From: Felis catus
Lineage: Eukaryota
DNA: 64,000 nt
Direction of reading: 5' to 3'
Assembly: GCF_018350175.1 (NCBI RefSeq)
Contig: NC_058372.1
Coordinates: 30,876,001 to 30,940,000 of the forward strand
Below the pieces are notes generated by a model. It ran no database searches and had not been told where the DNA came from. It saw nothing but the letters and a program-made list of their open reading frames with translations. Every line of letters begins with the position of its first letter. Position 1 is the stretch's first letter. Position numbers and translations under genes: made by a program. Below are positions 27,734 through 39,194 of this stretch, piece after piece.

Positions 27734-29882
27734 TCAGAGCCGGGCGTCGCCCACCCCTCCAGGCTTCTTCAGACAGTCACCACCGCCCCGGCCATCAGTG
27801 GAGATTTCCCGGAAAACGGTGAGCATGGAGTGCCGGACTCTGTCAGCCAGAGCTGGGACGTCATCTGGTGTCAGCCCTTCTGTGGGCACTGGGGGCAGCA
27901 CCCGTACCTGACATCGCCCTGGGAGGGGGTGAGCACCATCATGGGCTGTCTACCTAGGCCTTTGCTCACAGGCAGGGCCCAGTTCCTGAGCTCTCCTATT
28001 ACTCCCTCCCCAACCTTTCAGTTCTCTTCCCCCTACCCTGGACAATTGCCCCTCTGCTTGCCAGCTGCTATCTGTTTTAAGGCCCTCTTGCACAAAACCT
28101 TCCCAGTCCGGACACCTCCTTAGCACTCTTCCAGCCCCCATCATCTAGGATTAACTTTCACTGCCAAGTGTTATTACAGCTTTGCACACACAGGTCTTAT
28201 CTTTCCCTCTGGGCAGTAATGGCCCCTGTTGGAGGGATCAAGTGTTACCCATGTAGCAGGGTATGGTGGGCGCTTAATAAATATTTATTAGTTGATGTGG
28301 GGTCACTGGATGATCCTTTGGACATCTCAGTTCTGACACTGACCAATCCTCCTGTCTCATGGGGATGTCTACCCTCTCTCTCCCATGGCCTTTCTAGCCA
28401 CCCCCAGCCCTAGATCTACTCAGAGCCCTCACCCGAAGTGAAGCGACGCTCCTTCTTGCAATAGAAGTCTTGATAGGAGGACATGACTATGGGGACAATG
28501 GGAACCTGGGGAAAGGGAAAAGCAAACAGCCCACAGTTCCCTTCCAAGACCCCCATGACAAACCTCTGCCAAGAAAGAAAAGAATGGTGGAAGCTGGGGG
28601 CTCAGTAGCAGAGGGGGAAATAGTAATTACCTGGGCCTGTACTGCAAGGTGGAAGGCGCCACGTTTGAAGGGCAGCATGGAGCCATTGTGGTTTCTCGTG
28701 CCCTCTGGAAAAACCCAGACCCGCACCTGAGGAAGACAGAGGTCAAGAAGACATACACAGAGGGGTCCGAAAACGGTCATGAGGCTGTAATGGACCTTTG
28801 AGGGCCGCTGGCCCTGCTCTACTCCCCAGTGTTGCCACCCCCCTTTNNNNNNNNNNNNNNNNNNNNNNNNNNNNNNNNNNNNNNNNNNNNNNNNNNNNNN
28901 NNNNNNNNNNNNNNNNNNNNNNNNNNNNNNNNNNNNNNNNNNNNNNNNNNNNNNNNNNNNNNNNNNNNNNNNNNNNNNCCCACAGCAGCTCACGCTTGGC
29001 AATGGGCACACAGCGGCCTGGCAGTACCTCCATCATCCCTAAGGCAAAGGTCGGGGGTGGGAGTGAAGATCAGGGTAGAGGTAAAGTGTCATGGGAAACA
29101 GGCCATCCCCCACATTCTTAAGGACGGAGAGGGGGGAGAGGGGGCGGGAAGCCCTGAGGAGGATGGGGTGATTAAGTACATATTAGCCTACTTATGAGGG
29201 TAAGAAGGACTGGGGGAAAGGGAAAGGGAGCAATGTCCAGACGAAGGGGAGTTGCGGACCCCTAGCGGAAGAGATTCTGGGGAAAGGGGAAGGGCATAAC
29301 TGGGGGAGGTATGCCCTACGAGGGGTCTCACCAAGCAGGTCGAGTGAGCTCTGGTGGTTGGAGACCACGACGTAGGGCTGTGAGGGAGGGAAGTGGTGGG
29401 CCCCACGCACCTCCACTCGGATCCCATATAGGTATTTGATGTGGAGCAGCATCAGACGCAAGATCCTGTGGGGTCACGGCAAGGGGTTCCAGCAGGACCC
29501 ACTGATATCCATCAGCACGCCTCACCCGCCCCCCGCCACTGCCTTTCTGGGCATCTGCAGTTCTCTCTCCTTCCTTGTCCCTGGGCCCTCTCCATCTTCC
29601 TTACACATCCCACAACCTCCCCACCCACTGCTCACTTCGGACTCTTAGGTTCTCTCATCACCCAAAACCCCTTGGCCCTCACTTCATGTTCTCAACGTTG
29701 CGTCCTCGCACAGCACACACAGNNNNNNNNNNNNNNNNNNNNNNNNNNNNNNNNNNNNNNNNNNNNNNNNNNNNNNNNNNNNNNNNNNNNNNNNNNNNNN
29801 NNNNNNNNNNNNNNNNNNNNNNNNNNNNNNNNNNNNNNNNNNNNNNNNNNNNNNNNNNNNNNATCCCCGGCCACAACTCCAT
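27734..29882 (-). CDS. AGPAT1: 1-acyl-sn-glycerol-3-phosphate acyltransferase alpha, about 287 aa, partly N-masked
   Basis: Exons 29683-29882 (gap inside), 29332-29465, ~28863-29038 (3' end in gap, inferred), 28631-28726, 28433-28505, 27734-27918. Acyltransferase motifs NHQSSLD and FPEGTRN, plus PFKRGAF. Confidence 0.96.
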
Positions 29883-30232
29883 TCTGGCCACCTGCAGGGG
29901 ACAGGCAAGAGACAGTGGGCCTCGTTCCCGGAGGGGAGTGGGACGGGCAAGGCACAGAAGGCACGGTTTGGGGAGCTAGGAGGACAAGGGCCAGAGACAC
30001 AGGATGGGGTCAGGGCTCCCATCAAAACCTGCCCAGACAGCCTCTCTAGGATGGGGGTGGTGGGAACAGGAGCTCGGGACTGCTCACCCAGCCCTCTCTC
30101 AGAAGCCTCCAGAAATATTCACAAAGACAAGAGACATGACACATGAACACCCACAACCCACAGACATGTGATAATAGGACAACAATAACAATAACAAACA
30201 CTTGTAGCTGGTAAGGGTCTTAGGATGGTCTA

Positions 30233-30535
30233 TACCTGTCTAATACAGTAGCCACCAGCCACATATGGCTACTGGAAATGTGGCCTAGTTTGAACTGAAT
30301 TGTGCTGGAAGTGTAAAATATGTATCAGATTTCAGACTTTGAATGAAAAACAGAATGTCAAATATCCCATTAATAATCTTTTGTATTGAATACATTTTGA
30401 AATCAACCTTTCTGGATATTGAATTCAATAGAATATATTATTAAAATTAATTCCACCTTGTTACTTTTTACGTTTTGATGTATCTTCCAGAAAATTAAAA
30501 ATTACACCGTGGCTTTTATTATATATCTGTTGGAT
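30233..30535. mobile_element. MER3/MER33-like hAT element
   Basis: ctgtctaatacagtagccaccagccacatatggctact...atatctgttgga. Confidence 0.65.
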
Positions 30536-31867
30536 TAGGGTTGATCTATAGACTATGTTAACCTTAAATATGAACCACATAATTTACATTTTTCGGAGAT
30601 AGGCCCAGAGAGGTTAAAGAACTTACCTGTGGTGATATGGCTCCTAAGAGGCATTTCCTAGTTGAAACCTAAGTGGCTTGTGTTCCTAACCACAGTTATG
30701 CTGCGGCCAGTATGTATGCACACAGGTGGACACACAGCAGACAGCAAATACAGTGAAAGGCACAAAACACCCACAGACATTCTCAAGGGCAGACTGGCAA
30801 GAATAAAGGCTCTGTCACTAACAAAAACACAAACACACAGTCATACGAAGACTGACCCACTGACACACACATGCAAACTTACAATCACACCCAGTAACAG
30901 ATAAAGGAAAGTAAATGCATAACTAGAAAAATCCCTCTCCACCAAGGTGTCCAACCTCCCTCCCCTTCCTGTTTCCAGATAAACCCATGGACATACCAGG
31001 AGTTGCTGCCTCTATCAATCCTGCCTCCGCAGGCAGGCAAACAAACCCTTACTCCTCCTTCTTTCCCTTCCAGGGACACCGGAGGCGACCTGGTCAGGCA
31101 GGTATATAATATGTTAAGGCCTGACCAAATGAAAGAAAGAGGGGAGAGAGTAAAAGCGACTCACACCATCTGCCCTGGGAGAGGAAAGAGTTGAGGAGGA
31201 AGAGGTGCAGGCACACAGAACCTGCCTTTTAGGTTCTTCCTCCTTCCTCCACTCTGTCCTACTGCTGGGGGCAGGGTCACAAGTCACAAAAAGGTGTTCA
31301 GGCAAATACCTGTCACTTTCAGCAAGGCTACAGTCACTGTCTTCTAATGACAGGAAGGACTGTGTTCAAAGGTAAAGGCCATTGCCAACCAGTGAAGGTT
31401 CAGAAGCAATAGAGGAAACAGGAGACTTTGCCAACTCTAAAGCTGTAGGCCTTGATTTGCTCTATCCCACTGCCCTTGTAAGTCTGGACCAGCATTTCTC
31501 TCCCCTGGACTATTTGCAACAGGTTCCTAACTCTGCTCCTCCAATTCGTCATCCACATGGCAACCACAGAGATTTTTCTGTAACACAAATCTGAGCATTT
31601 CTCCGTCTTCTAAAAGGCCCTTTCGACAAGTTGACTTCTGCTTACATCTTTGGCCACATGCCCACAAGAGTCCTTTTTGCTCCAAATTGATTTACTTCAG
31701 TTCTTCAGACACGCCATGATCTTTCATGCTTCTGTGCTGTGAACAGGCTGGTCCCTTTGGCTGGAATGCCCTTCTGCCTTTCACTTGCCTGACCCAGCTC
31801 AGCGTCACACTTTGGAAGTCTTTTTGAACCCCTCCTGGCCTGAGTTTTCATTACACTTTTATCTTGA

Positions 31868-32030
31868 TCACTGGTTCTCAAAGTGTAGAAATACATATTC
31901 TTGGACCTCACCCCAGATCTCCTGAATCAAATTCTGGGCCTTAGGCCCAAGAATAGGTATTTTAACTCCCCCAAGTGAGGGACAGCCCTCCAAGTGAGTC
32001 TGATGTGCACATCAGTTTGAGAACCACTGA
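31868..32030. mobile_element. MER5A-like MITE
   Basis: Terminal inverted repeats cactggttctcaaa / tttgagaaccactg. Confidence 0.75.
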
Positions 32031-33726
32031 TCTTGACACCACAGTGTAAGTAACTGCTCATTTTTGTTTCCTTCCCCAGTCTGTAAGCAGCCTGAGGGCA
32101 GGAACTCTGTCATTTCCCCAATACCCAGGACAGAAGGAGGAGATAGTGCTCAATAAACATGCTGAACAGATTATAAAGCTGTATACATAGCCTGTCATAA
32201 TTAATGACAGAGCCGATCATGAATCAGATAGCTACACTCTTGAGGACTATTAACTATGAAAAGAAAAGTCATCAATAAAGCAATGAACACAACAAAAAGC
32301 CTAACGGTAACCTACTGTGAATATACACATACGCTATATGGTCACACTGAGGGAGGCAACAACAATCAAGATGGTACATCCCATCTCACACAAAAGAGAA
32401 ACATACAGAATGGGGATTAACATGCCACCAGGGAAAGATGCTGCTGTCATCAAATACATGCCAACAGTGCAAAAAGAGTGAGGGACAGATAATGTGCACA
32501 GCAGGGTTGACCTGAGGCATGCATTGAGCTCCATGAACACAGACTGTACACAGCCACGAGAGAGATAATGTATGTGAAAAGACATAGACCAGGAAGGTCA
32601 GCAAGGTAAGGCATATGGGAATGGTTCTCTGGGGACATGGAGGCCCAGTTACCTTTCTCTCTAGTACGTGACATTAAGTGACCCTCTCCGGAGCAGAAAT
32701 GTCAGAAGATTTATAAGCACTGTGAAGTGCCATATGGGTTAATGGGAATATGACTCACAAAATATACTGTCAATAAAAGTATTAAATAAATAGAATGTGT
32801 AACCAGAAGCACACATGCTGCGGTCATGTCACATCAGCGTATCATGCGAAGGAGCATGCGTATGTGCGGTGTAAACCATGACTGGGAAAACATACAGCAA
32901 ACAGGCCAATCCGATCACATCATGAGTGTGCACTAGTGAACTAAACCACAGGATATCACACATGAAGACTTGCATACGACAGGATCATGGACATAACATA
33001 CGAACCAAAACAAGGAAGGTATAACCTTTACACGCAAAAAGTAAACACGCAAAAGCATAAAATGTGCAAGAAACATGAAACCACATAATAGATGCAATAT
33101 ATAAAAACTCACACATTTGAACAATGTCAAGACTGGACATGAGATATGGACATAAGATATGAGAATGGGCAATTCTGATGGAAAATAACACATCATCTCT
33201 CCACAGTCCATGGATAGCATAGGGAGAAGCTAGCCGCACATAAGCCATTAAACATGTCAAAGGCACACAGATTCAGTGTAGAAAACATGGCCCCCCACAA
33301 AGCATCTGTGTGTCAGTAAGGATCTAGCCCAGTGTGGATGGCCACTGAGAAAGGTCCTGTGCCTAGATGGAAACAGAGGTGTCTGAGGGCATTCCTAGGA
33401 AGCAAATTCTGCTGGGGGAAGGAGGGCAATAAACCGCCTTCTCCCGGCCACAACCCCCCAAGAGTCATGTGGGGCCAAAGGGCAGGAAAAGGAATTGGGG
33501 AAGGTGTCGGGAATTCCCTCTTCAGGGCCCTGTCCACACCCCCATCCCAAATTCGCAGGGTCTCCGCCGTGTCTCTTCCATCCTTCCTCCCTCTCAGGGC
33601 CCCTCTCCTTTCCCCAGCAACCCTCTCCCCAGTCCGCCTCCCAGACCCAATCTCTCCCCCATCCCCTCCTCCAAGTCCCTCTCGGCACCCTCCTCCCGCC
33701 TCCTCCCATCCCATTCCCGCCCCCAC

Positions 33727-34200
33727 CTCAGTGGGGTGGGGGGCCCGGGGGGCTGGCCCCCTCCCCAGCCAGGCTGCGGCAGCGGTGGTGGCGGGTGGCT
33801 GTCTCTGCCTCGGTCGGGGTGTCGGTGCCAAGGGGGCGACAGGATTTGGGGGTGTCCTAGCCCCGGCCGATGGAGGGGAGGTGAGAGTGGGAGGCTGGGC
33901 CCATTGCGGTAGGAATGGTGGGGGGGTTGTCCCCCCAGCTCCCTCCCTCCCTCCCTTCCTGCTGTCTCTCTGAGGGCTGGGGCTGCTGTTGCCGCTATCC
34001 CCCCCCTACCCCTCCCCAACGCCTGCCGGTTTCCGGGGCTGGCCAGGAAGTAGAGGGCGGTGATGGGCGGCCTGTTTTGCCAATCGACTCCCAGGGACCC
34101 ACGCATCTTTTCGCCGCATCGACCAGTGGGCTCTTGGTAGCTCCGCCCCGCGAGCGCTCCGCTGGGCTCTGCCTCCGCCTCTGGCCTTCTCTGGCTCCAG
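33727..34200 (-). other. Probable non-coding first exon / alternative promoter of AGPAT1 (5' end approximate)
   Basis: CpG-rich block ending in a minus-strand donor GAG|GTGGGG at 33727; AGPAT1 exon 2 has an acceptor just upstream of its ATG. Confidence 0.5.
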
Positions 34201-35299
34201 CTGCATCCTTTTTTTCCTCCAATTCCCTTTCAGCACACACGGCTTGTGTGTCCCTTGGTGCTGTATTCCTTCCTTTGCCCATTCCTTCTTCATCAGGTCT
34301 CCTCTTCCTGGAAATTTCACTGGGTTTCTTCCTTTCTCCTTAACTCCCTTATCCGCTGTTTATTCCCTCCAACTCTTCTCCAAAAACCTCTTTCCTGTCC
34401 CCCATTCATTTCCAGGTAGTTTCAAGCACCTACTAAATGCCAAGCACTGAGTTCTTCACCTGTCTTCTCTCAAGGGCCCCATCTCACCTCACCTGGCCCT
34501 CCAGCTCTCTACCGGTTCTCTTTGACCTTTGCTCTCCCCCACCCCTTCCCGCATTAGCTCCCAGCATCCCGGCTCCCTCTTCCAGACGCCTCTCTGGTCT
34601 TTAAAGAGAAGGGATACTTACTTTCAGGCCCTCTCCCTGCCCCTGTCCTCCCATGCTCTTTATTTAACCTCAGTACTTTTTCTTTTCTAGTTCCTTCCTA
34701 TCCGTCTCCCTAGTCACTGAGGCGGTGTGAGACAGCCTCCCTCCCCAACAGAGTCTGGGTGCATCTTTTCTTCCAATGAAAACTGGGTATTAGGGTTGCT
34801 TTAAAAAAAAATGAGAAAGAATGCTAGATTACTCTGGGATGAGCATGCCTCCTTAATTTTGTAGCCATGTATCTGTTCCCTCTCCAGCCCTCGATCTCCT
34901 CTTTCCCATACTTCCACATCCCTTTACCAGGATCATCCATCACTCCTCTCCTTGTTTCCACCTCTCTGTAACTTTTTTCCTGAACCTTGACAGGCCTCCG
35001 GTACTTTAACCTCCCCCGCCCTCCTCTAGGGAACTCCCAACTTCTCACCGTGCCTCACTTGAGTCACGTGGGACCTTTTATCTGGGTGTTGCTGTACTGC
35101 CCTCAGCCTGTGTCTGTCCCCGCTGCCAGACACACCTTCGCCCTGAGGATGCAAAGAACACTGGGAGTGGGAAGGCTGTTACCTAGTTCTGCTCCTTGGG
35201 CCACAGTGAGGGTCACTGACTGTAGAAAAGACCCAAACTCGTACAATATGCCCAAGCTCTGAAGCACCTTGCCCATGTGCCAGGGGTCCAACCCTGGAG

Positions 35300-36480
35300 G
35301 AAGACCCCAGTTCTGCGGGACACGTTATAGGACGGAAGGGGCGGGCCTAACCTCATTCCGCCTCGGGTCGCCCGAAAAGGGGCGTGCCTTGCCCCCTCGG
35401 TACCCACTCACAAAGAGGGTTTAAAACCTGCTTTTAAGGTTTAAAACGGGAGTCGAGGTTAACTCTGTCATACTGTGTCACATTAAAAAGGTGTGGGCCT
35501 TTAGTTCTGTTCTGCAAATCACCTAAGGAGGAGCGGGCTGAGTCCTCCAGCCGAGGGAGATGGGCTAACACCAGCTCCGCAAATATGTGTTCGCACAATC
35601 CAAACGTCGAGCTGATCCCAGTTCTGCTCCCTTCTTCACTAAAAGGGAGGGGCGAAGCCAAGCTCTGCTCTCTACGTCACCGAAGGAGGCCGGAGCCATT
35701 TTGAACCCTGAGACCCTAGTACTTGCTCTCTTGCCGAGCTCTTCGCCGTCTTTTCCGATCTCGGCCAATCAGAGGTGAGAGAAACGGCCCAATCAGCCTG
35801 GAGAGACCACAGCCGGAGGCCCCGGATGAGGCCGAGCCAAAGTCTTTGAACCTCAAACCCCGCCAATCGTAGAGCAGTCACCATGGCGACAAGCTAGAGG
35901 TGAAGGGGTGGGACCAGAGAAGGTTTAACCTTCACAGGATTGGCCCACCTCTTCCCGCCGCCTGCAGCTCATGCGCACTTTCCTTAATCACCATTTTCCA
36001 TCGAGTTCCAGCCAATCAAGGGCTTTAGAGCCCTAAGCTCCAAAGTCCAATAGGAATCCGGACATTCTCTGAAAGGGGAAGTGAAGGAAAGAAAGGGGAC
36101 TTGTAGTAGGCGAGGCCTGTGTAGTCCCGAACCAATTGCTTATGGCCTTTGCTTATGATTGGCAGTTACTCAGACGAATAAAGCTCCCCCGGGTCGGGCG
36201 ACCGGACGTATCGAGTTGTTACCAATCCCGTCGCATTGCATACTGACTGAGACTGTATCAGCCAATAATCATTGTGCAAGGGCGGGACTGCGCAAACCTC
36301 ACCCCTACCTTTGCACCAATCCTTTCTTTTGAACTGTGTGATTGGCGGGCACTCAGGCCAATAGTGCCTAGAAAACTTTGAAGCCCGCCCAAAGATCGTG
36401 GGCCGGAGGCGGTTTCTTGTTGGGGCGTGTGTGTGTGTGTGTTTTTGAGGGGATTAAGGGGTACGTAAAGGCGCAACAGA
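35300..36480. promoter_or_regulatory. Bidirectional AGPAT1/RNF5 CpG promoter
   Basis: Head-to-head genes; 13 CCAAT/ATTGG boxes, YY1-like gccattttg at 35695, RFX X-box gtcaccatggcgac at 35877. Confidence 0.8.
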
Positions 36481-36489
36481 NNNNNNNNN

Positions 36490-37301
36490 NNNNNNNNNNN
36501 NNNNNNNNNNNNNNNNNNNNNNNNNNNNNNNNNNNNNNNNNNNNNNNNNNNNNNNNNNNNNNNNNNNNNNNNNNNNNNNNNNNNNNNNNNNNNNNNNNNN
36601 NNNNNNNNNNNNNNNNNNNNNNNNNNNNNNNNNNNNNNNNNNNNGGAGAAAAGTGGGGCTCACCTCCATACTAGGGAGGCTGGGGGCGGGGTGGCATACA
36701 ATCATACAGATAATAGAGGTCACGTCCCCATAGGTGAGGCCCGAGAAGGGGACTCAATGTCTGTTTGAGTATGTGTGGGCAAGAGAGTCACGTCTGTACA
36801 GAGGAGACCCATAGAACGGAGAGTCATTGGAACTAGGAGCTGAGAGGTATGGTGTGTTAAGAAGAAGTGGGGCCGGACCGGGGGTAGGGCGGGGACAGCA
36901 CATCTGTATAGGTGAGACCCGAGCTACCTTACCCCGGAAAGTGAGGGGTCTTAGCTGTACAGGTTAGACTCAAAGGTTAGGGGTGGCACACGTTGCTTGA
37001 GTAGGTTGAGACCTAGGGATGTGGAATCCCATTCAGATGAGATATTGGTAAGCAGTGGTATGACAACCTGAGGACAAGGGCACTGAAGGAGCAACCCTGA
37101 GAAGTTAAAGGTTTGTGGAAATAGGGACTTTATTGAGCCTAGAAGAGAGGAAAAGGAGTAGTGGGAGAAGGTGCTAGTAAAAGGGGGTCTGGTTTGGGAG
37201 TGATAAGGCCAAGGACAGGGCTGGGACAGAAAGAGGAGATCTGGAAAGCTGTGGTTGAAAAGAACTGGAAACTAAGTCGAAAGGCAGAGAAGGAAGGAGA
37301 T

Positions 37302-37347
<46 letters not shown>

Positions 37348-38373
37348 GTGTGTGTCTTTGTATGTTTGGGGAGAGGAAAAGGTTGAGCATGTTGAGGATG
37401 GATATAGCTTTAGATGTTGTAAGATCAGAGAAGAAGGCAGGCCAGATTGGCATGGTAGAGGTTGCAGAAAATGGGAAAAGAAGCAGGTAGTACCTGGGAG
37501 AGGGGGTGAATTGGGATTCTATGAAGTTGGATCCTTGTCTCTTTACTGTAGCTGGTTTGACCTTCTTTTTTCCCCCCCATCCAGTTGGCCCTGTCTTCAT
37601 CAGGTGCGTACTCAGAGGAGATGAAGAGGGAAATGGGGAGGTCTGAGGAGTTCAAAGACCCTGCTGTGTACTGGAAACCACTTCATTTTCTCCCCCAGTG
37701 GCTGGAGACACGGCCAGAGCGGCAAGAATGCCCAGTGTGTAAAGCTGGGATCAGCAGAGAAAAGGTTGTCCCTCTTTATGGTCGAGGGAGCCAGAAGCCC
37801 CAGGACCCCAGGTGAGAGAGAGGGGCTGGTGCTGAGGGAAGATGGAAGGCTTCTGCCCTGGCAGTGGGGTGTAGAAGGGGAGAGAACACTTCTTCTTGCT
37901 AGTCCCTCTCCTATTCCTCAGATTGAAAACTCCACCCCGCCCCCAGGGCCAGCGACCAGCTCCGGAGAGCAGAGGGGTGAGTCTTGTCTGATTGTGTTCT
38001 TTCCTTGCAAAGACCTGCCCTGTTCCCCTCTGACTTTCTCCACCTTCCTAGGGATTCCAGTCATTTGGTGATACCGGGGGCTTTCACTTCTCATTTGGTG
38101 TTGGTGCTTTTCCCTTTGGCTTTTTCACCACCGTCTTCAACACCCATGACCCATTGCGTCGGGGTACAGGTAAGAGCCTTCCCTCAGCTCCTAGCAGGGA
38201 GCCCTCTGAACCCCCTCAGTCCCCTTCCCAACGTAGGAGTGGATGCTTCTTCCACAGCTTTCCTCTCTCCTACAGGTGTGGATCTGGGACAGGGTCACTC
38301 GGCCTCCAGCTGGCAGGACTCCCTGTTCCTGTTTCTCGCCATCTTCTTCTTTTTCTGGCTGCTCAGTATTTGA
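36490..38373 (+). CDS. RNF5: E3 ubiquitin ligase RING finger protein 5; first coding exon hidden in N-gap 36481-36644, start approximate
   Basis: Visible exons 37585-37603, 37699-37811, 37922-37976, 38052-38169, 38276-38373. [23 protein letters not shown] is the C-terminal half of the RING; C-terminal membrane anchor [18 protein letters not shown]. Confidence 0.94.
37304..37353. repeat. (GT)n microsatellite, RNF5 intron 1
   Basis: Seen directly. Confidence 0.95.
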
Positions 38374-38817
38374 GTTTTGTCTCCTTCCTACCCACCTCCG
38401 GCCAGAGGAGAATCAGTATTGGGGGTCCTTGCTGACCCTTCCTGACTCCTGGCCCCTCCTCCCCAACCACTCCATTTGTACTGGCTGAGGCCAACCCTGG
38501 CCACTTTCTAGGAGGGTGCGGGGAGGAGGAGTGACAGAATATGGAAGAACCTTCCGCTCTGAACTCACTGAGTAGCATCATAACTCCCAGCTCTGGGATG
38601 GGAGGACAGACAGAAGAGAATGTCTGTTTCTTCTCTCTACTGATCCTTTGCTTCCCCCCACATTTCTTGATTTGGTGTTGAAAGATGGGCAAGTCTCCCT
38701 CTGATTCTCCCCTACTTTCCCCTTGTTGATTTAACTTAATTTTTCTCTCCCCAGTGTCTATTATGGGTTCTGACTTAAGTGCTTCCTTCCCCTCACTACC
38801 TCCTTTATTATAAATTG

Positions 38818-38823
38818 AATAAA
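38818..38823 (+). terminator. RNF5 poly(A) signal
   Basis: AATAAA about 445 nt after the stop. Confidence 0.7.
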
Positions 38824-39194
38824 CAAGGTGAGATGTATTGACGGAAGCTCTGCCCACCTTTGTCCTTACCTCCTTCCTTCTAGAACAGGAGCAGCTTCTC
38901 TCTAACTTGAGTAACTATCTGCGTGGTGTGGGGAAGCATGAGGGTGAGCCTCTCTCCTTCAAGGCTTTCAAGGGTCCAGGGGTGAGGGCATCTTACACAT
39001 ACACATACACACACACACACATGAGCAAATAGGGCAAGGTGTTTACTTCTCACTGTTGGGAGGCTCTGGTTGTGGAAGCACGTTTGGTGAGGTGGGTACA
39101 GTTACACAGGAAAGAACTAGCGTGGGGCCAGAACAGAGCAGGGGTGGGGGGGAAAGAAAATGGAGGTGATGGATGGAGTCTGGCTGTGCATCCC

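Noticed and set aside
27734-27760. AGPAT1 C-terminus ([11 protein letters not shown]) slightly longer than recalled human
   Set aside because: Similar lengths are recalled for other non-primate mammals, so not unusual.
33332-33973. 213-aa ORF and overlapping ORFs
   Set aside because: GC-rich promoter/UTR region with ORFs in several frames on both strands and no recognisable domain.
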